NCBI RefSeq assembly: GCF_006345805.1 | Contig: NW_021835193.1 | Span: 1 to 59,368 of the forward strand | DNA length: 59,368 bases | Origin: Octopus sinensis | Taxonomy: Eukaryota | Reading direction: 5' to 3' | Shown here: positions 12,999-25,742 of the stretch, in pieces | How the letters are laid out: each line of letters opens with the position of its first letter | Numbering within the stretch: the first letter of the stretch is position 1 | Notes under the pieces: generated by a model | Told to the model about the DNA's origin: nothing | The model's input: the letters and a program-made list of their open reading frames with translations, nothing else | Databases searched by the model: none | Position numbers and translations under genes: made by a program

Positions 12999-13314
12999 AA
13001 AATTACTCTTTATATTGACTACTGTGTCTATATAAGAATCCAAAAGGAAGATTTGTCTGAAAAATTTACACCTCGCCGCTGCACCACACAAATACTGCGA
13101 ATTACTCAGTATCGAATTATAACAATGCTTATTGCTACCGTTTTGGCTAAGCAGAGCTAAATCCACACACATACACATATATATACGTATATGAATTTAT
13201 TTGTATATATGTATATGTGCATGTGAATGTGTGTGTGTGTATATACTTACATATATGTATATTCACGTATACACACATACACACAAACACACACGCACAC
13301 ACACACACACACAC

Positions 13315-13355
<41 letters not shown>

Positions 13356-13962
13356 CTTTATCTGTCCAGAGAGACCACTCTTCAGTATTTCCCATTGCTA
13401 ACGGCTAAGAGGCTAGAAATATCAACGTCTGGGAGTCCAATAAGTGACAGCATGGGGTAGATATGGTACTTTTACACATTTTTTTTTACCATAATGAGAA
13501 TACCATAACAGAATATGTCTTTATGGTAACTGTAGTGAATTTGTCTTTCGCGGTTGAACTATGTCACAAACATATTTAAACTAACCTAAAATTCACTTAT
13601 GCTTAAACACTGCTTGCCGCTGATACTGCTGTAATCTGCATGCCCTTCGTGGTCTACTGGTGCAAATAATTCAATGAAGTCTGTCCAGATTTGCCTCGTT
13701 TCGCTTTTTCCCATTGATAACAGCTAAGAAGCTAGAAGTACCGCTCACTGGGAATGTGGTAGGTGGCAGCACTGGACTCATATGGTGTTTTTACACCTTC
13801 TTTTACCATAAAAGAGAATTTTTTTTACGGCAACTGTAGTGAATTTGCCTTTAGCTGTTGAAATTTGCCGCACACATATTTTAACTAACATAAAGTTCAC
13901 CTATACACAAACACACACACATATTGATGCGCGCGCACGCACACACGCAGACACACATACGC

Positions 13963-14053
<91 letters not shown>

Positions 14054-15079
14054 TATACACAGCTAACAATAAGAAGGTGTAATTTACATCTAATTTACAT
14101 ACAATTCTTGTAAGACAGAAACAGAAATGGCAGCGTAAAATCCGTGAATTCTGTGTCTACACACACAACCATGCACATTTATTCCCATACGCGTATATAC
14201 ACAAGTATATGTATATATGCATGTACATATGTTATAAATTGGTATATATATATATATGTATGTATGTATGTATGCATGTATGTATGTATGTACCTGTGTG
14301 CATATTATGTGTGTCGTTGTATCTGTAGGTGTGTGAATGAGCGGTGAACGCCCTCGTGTGTGAATGTATATACATATGTATGTGAGTATGTGTTATGTGT
14401 GTGCGTGTGTACACACTTATCTTACACTATTACTCCGTCACTATCATAATGGTTTGAAAAATTGCAAAGAGAAAGATAAATCCAAAACTGGGCAAAAGCA
14501 GCAACATCATAAGATATTGCTAAATAGTATTTTTCAAACTGGGAAATTTCTTATCTCTCCGGACAGACCCTTTCAGCATTTCAATAACTACACTTAGGCA
14601 CTAAAGAACATAATCATGCGAAGATTTCTGTGATAAAACCTTCCATTGAAGACAACTTTTAAAATGGCGTCGGATAATAACATCGATGGTTCATAAGAAA
14701 CAAATAAATAACAGATGGAGCAAAAGACTTAAAGGAAAGAAAACTGAAATCATTTATTGGCAGATATTGTTGTTGTCGTTGTTATTGCTATTATGGTTGT
14801 TGTATTTGGTCGTGTTCTGCTTTTATTATTTTTCCCTGTACTGATGTTGGTGTTGCCACTGTAGCCGTTAGAGCAGAGTTAGTGTTGGCCATTACTGTGA
14901 CAGTAACCTCATTACTGCTTTATTCTCACTAAGCATGTATATTTTGGCAAGGGGAGGGTGGATAGTTTGCATGAAATAATTATTATAGTTTGCTGTTACA
15001 TATTACAACAGTTAAAAAATAAAAAATAAAGACGTGTGTCGTAATATTTGACTTTGTCTCTTCTATATTTTTAATTATA

Positions 15080-15440
15080 ATAAATCTTCCGCTGAAGAGG
15101 GAGCCGGTTTCCAACAAAGATACAAGGCTCCATCTTTGGGATGTAGTTAACGCAGGCAAATTCACATTTGGAACTTGAGAAAAAAGTCTTGCATATTTTT
15201 ACTGTTCCACTCACAGATTGCACTTTTAATGTACGAACAAGCCGCTCAGTTTCTCTTTCTGAAAATTCCAGTTTATCCAGATTCTCCTTTAAGCATTTAC
15301 TAACAAAATCTAGTGCTCCAATTATTATCCGTGTGAATATGAATTCATAATCTGGAGGTTTCGAAGCAGTTGTTCATAGATATCCTGTTTTTCTTTGATT
15401 TTCTAAGAGATATTTATATCGGCAGGGCAGCTAACCTACG
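15080..15440 (-). mobile_element. 3' end of an RLE-type non-LTR retrotransposon (R4/Dong/NeSL-like), decayed
   Basis: Manual minus-strand translation: VSCPADINIS*KIKEKQDIYEQLLRNLQIM, frameshift, DYEFIFTRIIIGALDFVSKCLKENLDKLEF...VQSVSGTVKICKTF. This resembles the RLE C-terminal pattern K..KY..L...P+++GALG. Absent from the ORF track. Confidence 0.7.
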
Positions 15441-15544
15441 TTTGTCTGTCTGTCTGTCTGTCTATTATATGTATGCATGTATGTATGTATGTATTTATGC
15501 ATGTATGTATGTATGTATGTATGTATGTATGTATGTATGTATGT

Positions 15545-16295
<751 letters not shown>

Positions 16296-18018
16296 TGTTT
16301 CTTTATTAGCCACACAGCCACACAGGGCTGCACACAGATAGAACAAATTACAAGGTAGAGCTTTTCTTTTGAAGGTATTAAAAAAAAAAAAAAAAAAAAA
16401 AAAGGAAGGGGGAGGTTCGATCAAAAGGGATCGTAAAAGGAGAGAAAGAGGACAAAAATAAGGGGGTTAAAAAAAAAAAAAAAAGGGGGGGGAGAGGAAA
16501 AAAAATGATCAATAGGGATCGTTATCACAGAAATGTCAATATGAAGTGTAAAGGGGAGGACAGGTGAGGTTACCCGTGAAAGAAAGCCTGCGGAAAAGAC
16601 CACGGTAACCTCGGTCAATGAAGTCACATTTTATTTCTTTTTTTTTTTTTTTTTTTTGCAAATAAGCAACTCTCTGTTTTCGATTTCTGGGTTCATAGGA
16701 CTATGCTCAGGTGGCTTCGTCATTCATACGTGCCATTCTTGCTACATTCACCCATCTTTTTTTTAAAACATTCGCTAGACAAAACTTGCCTCTCTACTCT
16801 CACTTTCCTTTTCAAGTGGTACTTGAAGAAGTTGATGAGAGATTGACCAGAGAGGAAGTGTTTGTCTCCAATCCTTTCAGACGCGTCCACCAGATACATT
16901 CTTTCGCCATAGCCACAAGGATGATGAAAATAGCTCTTCCTTCCCGTTTGAAGGAAGGAGGCGTGACAATATTGACGATAGACTCAGCTGATAAACCGAC
17001 TCGTCCCACACGTGACAGCAGTTGTTCGACATAAGCCCACAGGTCGGAAATTGTTGGACACTGAACGAGTGCGTGCAGAACGGTTTCGTCGCTCTGACCG
17101 CATCTCGGGCAGGTCGGCCCCGTGTTTCTCGAGCCGTGTCTGTAGAGCTTATCCCGAACGGGTAGCGCTTCTCGGTAGCACTGCCAGGCCAGGGATCTCT
17201 GGAAGTTGTCCATGGGCCCTGGCCCGAAAGTCGTCCCGAACAGGCGGGTCAGGTACTCCTCGTCGACGTCCAGGTTCGCCCCGAGCTCGTCGTCGTACCT
17301 CCCCTCCACTAAACCCCTATAGAATGCTTTGGTTGGTTGAAGTCACTTAAGGTCGACCCAGGACGGCAGAGTTGCTTGAGAGCAACGCGACACTCGCGGT
17401 GCCATTCGCCCTTCCTCGGCCTCTTTTTGATCCACGACTGCAGTTCGGTCATGGAGACGAGCTGCGGGAAAGCGTGCCTCACAAACGGCGACCACACCTG
17501 TTCACCGTCGTCTACATAGAGCCAGAGATGTCGCAGTCTCAGCGCGTGTCTGCGCATCATCAACCACGGCATGCCCAGCCTCCTTTTAACGGGTGTTGAC
17601 AGCAAATGGATCGCCTGACCATCGGGACGCATCCTTTCCACAGAAGCGAAAGAGGATGCGTTGTAGTTTGGTGATGGTAGGGTCGGGACAAGGTACGACG
17701 GTCAGGCGGTAGTAGATGACGGACGCGATGTACGTGTTCGCCACCTCCGCTCGACCTTTTAGGGACAGTTTCCTCGGCCCATTGCCGGGCGAGAGTGACC
17801 ACCCTACTCGTTATCTCGTTCCAGTTCTTCTCCACTTGGAGGTCCGGACCAAACCAGAACCCGAGCAACTCAACCGGGCCGTCGGTCCAGCGTCCCACGA
17901 CGGAGGCGCTGGTGGACGGCATGGGCTTGCTTCTCCAGGTGCCTAGTCGCAAGCCCACTGACTTTTCCCGGTTGATTTTCGCTCCTGTCACCGCTTCGTA
18001 GTTTTTCAGTGTCTCGCC
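16296..18018 (-). mobile_element. 5'-truncated Tx1/L1-clade LINE: RT thumb, CCHC zinc finger and 3' UTR; frameshifted
   Basis: ORF pieces 17560-17991 (TGAKINREKS...LLGFWFGPDLQ), 17309-17641 (LGMPWL...LRLRHL) and 16812-17309 (LPVRDKL...CPRCGQSDETVLHALVQC). Probable stop near 16707; AATAAA at 16302-16307; (TATC)n follows the 3' end. Confidence 0.9.

Positions 18019-18070
<52 letters not shown>
18019..18070 (+). repeat. (GATA)13 flanking the LINE 5' truncation point
   Basis: Direct reading. Confidence 0.97.
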
Positions 18071-18071
<1 letters not shown>

Positions 18072-18155
18072 GTACAATGACTGATAAATAGGTTCACAGA
18101 CAGTCACTCACGTATGTTGGTAGTAAGCTACCTAAGTAGATTTCAGACCGCTTAA

Positions 18156-18360
18156 CCCTTTCGCATTTAAACCGGGCACATCAGGCTCAAATTTTCTGTG
18201 TTCTGTTCAAATCTGCCAGATCCAGCCTCTCGCTCCTATCTGACATTGCTATTCTGAAACTAAACGATCACATCACTGAAATCTGAATGCTATGAGCTAA
18301 TGCATGGTTAATTAAAACCAATGTGAATAAATAGGCAGAACACTTTAACCTGCTAAAAGG
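18156..18360. mobile_element. piggyBac-like MITE
   Basis: TTAA on both sides (18152-18155 and 18361-18364); short imperfect TIRs CCCTTTCGCA / TGCTAAAAGG. Confidence 0.65.
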
Positions 18361-18409
18361 TTAATAAGTTAGCCATAATAGTTAGTATTAATAGTTAGTA
18401 AGGGTGCTA

Positions 18410-18780
18410 GTGGAGGCACATGGCCTTGTGGCTAGGGCAGCGGACTCGCGGTCGAGGGAATTTCATACTGCGCAGTATGTGTGTTTATGCTCCACGCGGC
18501 TCCGGCAGATGGTAATGGCTGTCGCTACGTTCTGAGTTCAAATTCCGCCGAGGTCGACTTTGCCTTTCATCCTTTCGGGGTCGATTAAATAAGTACCAGT
18601 TACGTACTGGGGTCGATATAATCGACTTAATCCGTTTGTCTGTCCTTGTTTGTCCTCTCTGTGTTTAGCCTCTTGTGGGTAGTAAAGAAATTGGTAATGG
18701 CGAACTTTTGCTGACTCTTTCGCCACAACTTTCTCTCATTCTTTCCTCCTGCATCTAGTTGCTCAACTGTGACGGACCTG
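18410..18780 (+). mobile_element. SINE family C interrupted by a headless SINE-A unit (18520-18691)
   Basis: Head GTGGAGGCACATGGCCTTGTGGCTAGGGCAGCGGACTCGCGG; TGGTAATGGC is duplicated at 18510-18519 and 18692-18701. Confidence 0.8.
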
Positions 18781-19329
18781 TGTCCCGTCCATGTGGGAAA
18801 CCTGTACGCCAATGAAATCGGAAAACTGGCCCTTATGAACCAGGGATGGCTCGAGAAGGAACAAACAACACCAAATGTGCTAGTAATGGTTTACGATGGA
18901 CTGGAACGAAACGAACGACTATCAATTGTTAGGGATGTTTGTGTAGGTTGTGATGGTAATAGAAGTAGTGGTGAGTGGAACTGTGACAGTATTAGGGGGT
19001 CATGGTAGTAGTGCTGGTAGGGATTGGTGGGGACGGTAGTGGTACTGACAGAGATGTTTGTGGAAGTAGTAGTGGTAGCGATGGTAGCAGTGATTGCGTT
19101 AGTTGTAGTGGTGATGATAATTGAACTGCTGGTGGCTTTCTTGGTGCAGGTAATGGTGTTGCTTTTTGTGGTTGTGTTGGTGGTAGCGATGACTGTAATG
19201 GTGTGGTGGTGGTAGTGGGGGTGATGGTTGTGCTGGTGGTACTAGTTGCAGTAGTAGTAGCCATCCTCATGATAGTGGTCGAGGCTTTGGGGGTGGCTGT
19301 GGTGATGATGATGATTGTGCCAGATATAG

Positions 19330-19900
19330 TGGTTGTGGCGGCAGTGGCCACCATCATGGCAGTGGTCTCGGCTTTGGAGGTGGTTGTAGTGGTACTGGCC
19401 ACCATCATGGCAGTGGTCTAGGCTTTGGAGCTGGTTGTAGTGGTATTGGCCACCATCATGGCAGTGATCTAGGCTTTGGAGGTGGTTGTAGTGGTACTGG
19501 CCACCATCATGGTAGTGGTCTAGGCTTTGGAGGTGGTTGTAGTGGTACTGGCCACCATCATGGCAGTGGTCTAGGCTTTGGAGCTGGTTGTAGTGGTACT
19601 GGCCACCATCATGGCAGTGGTCTAGGCTTTGGAGGTGGTTGTGCTGGTAGTGGCAATCATCATGGCGGTGGTCTAGGCTTTGGAGGTGGTTGTGACGGTA
19701 GTTGTAATTTTCATGACAGTGGTTTAGGCTTTCGAGGTGGTTGTGGTGGTACTGGCCACCATCATGGCAGTGGTCTAGGCTTTGTAGGATGTTGTGGCGG
19801 TAGTTGCAATCACCATGGCAGTGGTCTAGGCTTTGGAGGTGGTTGTCGTGGTAGTAGCAATCATAATGGCAATGCTCTAGGCTTAGGAGGTGGTTGTAGT
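19330..19900. repeat. 51-bp minisatellite, about 11-12 copies, inside a GGT/GTA-rich low-complexity block (18960-20150)
   Basis: Unit GGTGGTTGTAGTGGTACTGGCCACCATCATGGCAGTGGTCTAGGCTTTGGA; period 51 (19381 to 19432). Confidence 0.9.
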
Positions 19901-20285
19901 GGTAAATAGTGGTTTTAGTGGTAAATAGATAGTTGTGTTGGATGTAGTGGTTGCGGTGATAGGGACCATCATCATGGTAGTGGTCAAAGCTTTGGAGGTG
20001 GGTGCGCTGGTGGTTGTGCAGGTGGTAGCTTTAAAATATTTGCGCTCATAGTGGTGTTGGTGGTTGTTGTAGTAGTAAATAAACGTTATGGTGGCAGAAT
20101 TAGTGGTTGTAGTAGTTGCAAAGAATAGGGGAAGTGGTGGTGCTGGTGCGCAAGATTTCATTGCACTTTAGCTGAACCTGATTATAGCGTGTTTCATATA
20201 AGCTTTTCCAGCTATGAATTACACTTGTTCAGGACTCTATTCAATGGCAGATCGCTCAATACACACATCTTACACACACACACAC

Positions 20286-20356
<71 letters not shown>

Positions 20357-20453
20357 CACACACACATATATATACATATATATATATATATGCATATATA
20401 TATCTATATATCTATGCATATATATATATATATATTATATAATGCATATAATA

Positions 20454-20501
<48 letters not shown>

Positions 20502-20534
20502 ATATATATATATAAATATATGCATATATTAAGC

Positions 20535-20565
<31 letters not shown>

Positions 20566-20590
20566 CTATAATATAATATATATATATATA

Positions 20591-20628
<38 letters not shown>

Positions 20629-20704
20629 GCATATATATATAATATATATATAATATATATATACCTATATATATATATATATATATCTATATTATATATA
20701 TATA

Positions 20705-20747
<43 letters not shown>

Positions 20748-20890
20748 TATATAATTGCAGATACCTATGCTTATATTTATATAACTGAGAAACTGAGGTT
20801 TCTTGCAAGTGATCCAGGCAAGTCACGATACCCGCAAACACACCGCACGTACACATACGCGCACACATATCTGTATACTTTCACACTTTC

Positions 20891-20946
<56 letters not shown>

Positions 20947-21169
20947 TCGCACACACATACACATCCACACACAAATACGCATAATAATAAGTTTGTAGAG
21001 TGAGAAATAACGGAAAAGGAGAAGGGGATAAGGAGGACAGACAGTTAAATTAATATTAATAAATAGATAATGTGATGAGCATGGCGCTACCATCGATCGA
21101 TCCAGCCATTGATCCCTAAAGCTATTCATCACTCATCAGACACGCACTTGCTCTCTCTCTCTCTCTCAC

Positions 21170-21233
<64 letters not shown>

Positions 21234-21399
21234 ATACCTATATGCATGTATGTATGTATATATGTATATATATATATATATATAATATATAGATCAATAA
21301 ATGGTGGGGTTGTGTTGACCGCACGTGGAGAAATGATAAGTAAGGAAATTTTTTTTTAAATGCAGAATGCTCAAATGAAAGAAAATTTTAATAAAATGA

Positions 21400-23890
21400 G
21401 AAAATGATAAATATATAAATATATATTTATTCAACCGGTTTTCGTCATTGTAATGACTTGTCAAGAATATTTATGTTTTAAGAAGTTATTTAAAAATTAG
21501 AAAGGGGAAAAAAAAATTGCATTGTTTTTTGTAAAAGAATAATGAATGATAAAATGTACAAAAATTAAAAATAAGTTCTCCGATACATTGTGAGTTCGTT
21601 GTGTATCTGAGTTTTATGGTTGTTTACCAAAAATTACCTTGTGGTGTTAAGATCCAAAGGGATTAAGAGCATGTGATGTTGTTGTGTTGTAAATTCAGCA
21701 TGTTGCAGGACAGGAAGTAGTATAATTGTGGTCCTGGTTCTTCATTCCTGTGTTGTGGGTAATGGGAGACAACTCTTTTGAGTTCTTCAATAAACCCAAA
21801 TTATAAAACTATCATTTTAGCTTCATTTGCATTATCTTTTTTATATAATTGCTTGTTAACTTAACTTTCAGATTTTAACACTTTATTTATATTATTTTCT
21901 AATAATATAAATCTGCATAGACAATTGCATTTCAAATTGTCATATCATTTATAATAAAAATGATAGTAATAACAACATAGTAAAAATGATATTTAAAGAA
22001 TATAAGTTTTAGCTTGAAGTGATGAATGCATGGTATCTTTATATATTTGTGTTAGTCCATCCATGAAGAGTGAGGTAGAGAAAGGAAGTTTGATCAACGA
22101 GGAGTTTGCATATTAAGTTGTTTTGGAATTTTTCAATAAGAGATTCTCCTTGTTAATTCTCTCCTGTGTGGTGATCCCGTCTTTACATTGGAGAAGGGGA
22201 ATATATAGAATTTGGGGTTTAAGTCTTTAGCACATGAGTCTAAGTGGTCACTCAGTGGAATTTGTCGGTATTCCGGGAGATTTATTTTGTTCTTTATGCA
22301 CCGTTACTCGTTTACGTAACGGGAGACTCGTTTGTCCAACATAATTATGTTGGCAACCAGCGCATGTGAGAACGTAGATAAGGTTCTCGGAGGAACAGGA
22401 GAAGTTAGTCTTGATTTTAAACTTCGTACCTTGTTTGAAGGTAATTCAGAGCCTTCAAGTAGAAAGGGGCAGGTACCACAGTTTGAGCGTGCACATTTTT
22501 TTACTGTTGGGGGTGGATGTGGTGTGTGAAGTTTGGCATTTGTCAAGAGTTTTTTTTTTAAATTGTGTTGCCTTTTGCATTTGAGGATTTTGTGTGTATT
22601 TATAATGTTTTTCATTTTGGGTCTGTTGACAGTAGACTGAGGTTTTGTATGATTGTGGGGTATGCTTCGATATTTTTGGGGTTGTGGGTGGAATGTATGG
22701 AAGTATTTTGAGGTTTGTGTGTGGTTTAGGTTGGGTGGTTTTCAGTGTAGTGTTGTCTAGTTCTTTGGCGCGTTTTATATTCCATACTCTATAAGGGTGG
22801 AGGGATATTGACGTTGTAATAGTGTTTTTTTTGAGGTCTTGAAGGCGTATTTCTCGTGTTTTTGGATCCGAGACAATGGTGCATACCCTTTTAGCTAAAT
22901 TGAAAGGGATATTTGTCTTGTGTGTTTTGGGTGGCATGAACTAAAGAGGAGGTATTGTTGTGAGTCTGTAGGTTTTGTGGTAGATGTCTGTTATGATTTG
23001 GTTCTTAGGTGTTTTATAATTAGGAGATCAAGGAATGGGAGATGATGTTTGCTTATTCCATAGTGAATTGGATGTTGGGATGTATGTTGTTTAGTATGGT
23101 TTTGAATTCCAGGAGTTTTTTCATAAGGTTCTTTCCATATGATGAAACAATCATCTAAATACCTTTTCCAGTTTTTCCATTAGGTAGGTGTGGAAAACAT
23201 GTCCAAATTTCTGGCTTGATATTTCATAGAGTGACAGTTCGAAGTAACCTATTATGAGGTTCGCAAGGACTGGTGCAGCCTTGGTACCCATCTCAATGCC
23301 ACATTTTTGACGGTAGTGTGTGTCGTCGAAGAGAAAAAAATTGTTTGTCAGAATGAACTTAAGAGATTCTGTAATAAAAGACTTGTTATGCGGTCAGGGA
23401 ATGTCTCTGGGTGTTTTTCTAGCCAAAGTCATTGCCTCTATACCATACTCGTGTGGAATGTTGGTGTAGAGGTTGATGACATCAAAGGATACCAGGAGTG
23501 CCTCCTCGTTAACTGTTTTCGGGAGGTGTTTGAGCATGTCCAGATCATCCCTAATGAACTTTTGATGTGGGTAAGGAAAGGTTTCAAAGGATGTCTAGGA
23601 AGTTACTCAGGCGGTGTGTTTCACAGGAGTACCAGCCACGATGGGCCTTAGTTTTAGGTCCTCCGGTGCTTTGATGTTGATGTGGATGTCAGTGGAGAGT
23701 TTGCAGGCTTCGGTGATGTATTTGTTTTTATGGATTTTAGGAAGGCCATAAAAAAGGCTGGGCTTGCATTTGAAAATGGTGATATAATCCCTTTCTTTTT
23801 CTGTGAGTCCCTGACCGTGTTGGCGTATGAGTGTGGTGAGGTTTCTGATTGTGTTTTGCTGTTTGTAGTTGTTAATAACCTCATAGAAAA
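21400..23890 (-). mobile_element. Penelope-like element (RT, GIY-YIG and 3' pseudo-LTR), 5'-truncated and frameshifted
   Basis: Minus-strand motifs LFYGLPKIHK, LKLRPIVAG, LVSFDVINLYTNIPH (~23460-23500), GIEMGTKAAPVLANL (~23260-23305), WKRYLDDCFIIW (~23135-23170) and NLIYVLTCAGCQHNYVGQT (~22330-22385). Confidence 0.92.
21428..21469 (-). ncRNA. Type I hammerhead in the PLE pseudo-LTR with U3-A8 covariant core
   Basis: TATTC-TTGACAA-GTCAT/taca/ATGAC-GAAA-ACCGGT-T-GAATA. Perfect 5-bp stems I and II; one extra A after GAAA. Confidence 0.65.
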
Positions 23891-23893
23891 TGT

Positions 23894-23939
<46 letters not shown>

Positions 23940-23978
23940 TATATATATGTATATATATATGTTATATATATATGATAT

Positions 23979-24012
<34 letters not shown>

Positions 24013-24138
24013 CACATAAACGCACACTTATGTATATAGCTCTAATATACATGTCGATATATTTATATCTATCTAGCTATCTATTTCTTTCTCTCTCTCT
24101 CTCTCTTTCTCTCAGTATATATATATATATATAAATAT

Positions 24139-24207
<69 letters not shown>

Positions 24208-24210
24208 ATA

Positions 24211-24619
24211 CATTTTTACTGTTTCTGTCACTGATTGTGGCCATGCTGGGGCACGCCTTGAAGTGCTTAGTCAAATAAATCGATCCCAGTACTTTTTTTT
24301 CTTCTAAGCCTATTATATATTCTAAAGTCACCTTTTGCCTAACCGCTAAGTTATCGACACGTAAACAAACCATCACCGGCTGTCAAACGGTGACGGGGAC
24401 CAAAAACACAATTACATACACACATTCACACACAAACACACACACACAGACATATATACAATGAGCTTCTTTCAGTTTCCGTCTACTAAATCCACCCATA
24501 AGCTTTGGTTGGGCTGTAACTGTTGTATGAGACACTTGTCCATGGCGCCGTATAGTGAGACTGAACCCGGGACCAAGTGCTTCGGAGGCAAACTATTTAA
24601 CATTCAGCCACATCTGCGC
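24211..24619 (-). mobile_element. CORE-type SINE family B
   Basis: Homology to the reverse complement of 1961-2435. Confidence 0.85.
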
Positions 24620-24628
24620 TTTTGTACA

Positions 24629-25000
24629 TCTATTATATAAAATCGTTCTGTCTGTCTGTGTGTGTGTCTTCTAGGATCTCGGGCATGCTCTATCCGATAG
24701 CGCTCAAATTTGATATGTAGATACCGACGGTATCAAGGGGTGTACAAGTCTTGAAAAAAATTACGAAAATCGATTCCAGATGAGAATGCGATCGATAAAG
24801 CCGTGGGAACGTGCATTTGTACGCGTAAGTACATCAGTCGAAATCCGTCTTTTGCTGGTGTCTCAAATTTAGGTTAAATCAGGGAGGCCTATGGGACTGT
24901 CGGACAAGTTGTTTTGAGAAAATTTGGTTTAAAATTTGATATCTCAGCACCGTCCATTGGACGGGGTCGTTTTGCTCGTAAAAACATATAGTGCAATTTA
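24629..25000 (+). mobile_element. Possible non-autonomous Helitron 5' portion
   Basis: Begins A|TCTATTATATAAAATCGTTCTGTCTGTCTG, a TC start plus CTGT tract typical of small Helitrons. The 3' end was not located. Confidence 0.45.
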
Positions 25001-25384
25001 AATTTAAATCACATGGCAACTAAGAGGTGTTTAGGACTCTATGTGCATTCGTGTATATCAAAAGGAGGAATTTTACTATAGTCCGAGTTCCATCTGACTT
25101 AACTCTATAGTTCGGAATGTCATAGAGTACAAATTGAAAGCAAAAAGAAAGCAGAGTTTGCTCATAAAATATTTAATTACTTCCTCTCATCAGTAAATAT
25201 TTTATTAACAAGCTCCCTTGGTTTGTTTTGCTTTCTGCGTAAGTTGTAATACATACATACATTCATACTCACATTCATACATACGTATGATAGATGGTTC
25301 AATATAGATATATACAAACATACATATACATATGTATGTTTGTATGCATGTATATATGTATGTGTGTTTGTTTGTTTTTGTTTG

Positions 25385-25598
25385 TTTTTCCAGTTTCAGC
25401 TCTTGAGCTGTGGCCATGCTGGGGCACCGCCATTGTGGTGAAAGATTACAGCAGGGATCACCACCCCCTGCCGGAGCCTCGTAGAGCTTTTAGGTGTTTT
25501 CGCTCAATAAACACACACAACGCCCGGTCTGAGAATCGAAACCGCGATCCTGCGACCGCGAGTCCGCTGCCCTAACCACTAGGCCATTGCGCCTCTAC
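25385..25598 (-). mobile_element. SINE family C (tRNA-like head), short full-length-like copy
   Basis: GTAGAGGCGCAATGGCCTAGTGGTTAGGGCAGCGGACTCGCGGTCGCAGGATCGCGGTTTCGATTC; tail GGTGCCCCAGCATGGCCACAGCTC..GCTGAAAC. Confidence 0.85.
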
Positions 25599-25742
25599 TG
25601 TGTATGTATACAAAAGAAAAAGAAAGCAGAAGGACATAACCAGGCTACGCAATGAATAAACAAAGAGATGAAGACGTTCATAAGTGAAATTTTTGAAAGC
25701 TGCCGAAAGTTGCCGAATGTTTTGAATATAATATATATATAT

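Noticed and set aside
15091-15135. CTGAAGA followed by a GGAGCC/GGCTCC stem
   Set aside because: No GAAA or helix III downstream; it is an antisense reading of the RLE element's 3' UTR hairpin.
16711-17946. Plus-strand ORFs 16711-17034, 17012-17350, 17372-17599, 17716-17946
   Set aside because: Antisense shadows of the GC-rich Tx1 ORF2.
18992-19421. Thr-rich or Val-rich mucin-like ORFs
   Set aside because: Low-complexity DNA; the adjoining 51-bp units contain in-frame stops, and no splice context or signal peptide is evident.
25520-25598. tRNA gene (also 27945-28020 and the SINE-A/B heads)
   Set aside because: A- and B-box-like motifs continue into SINE bodies and tails; no clean cloverleaf.
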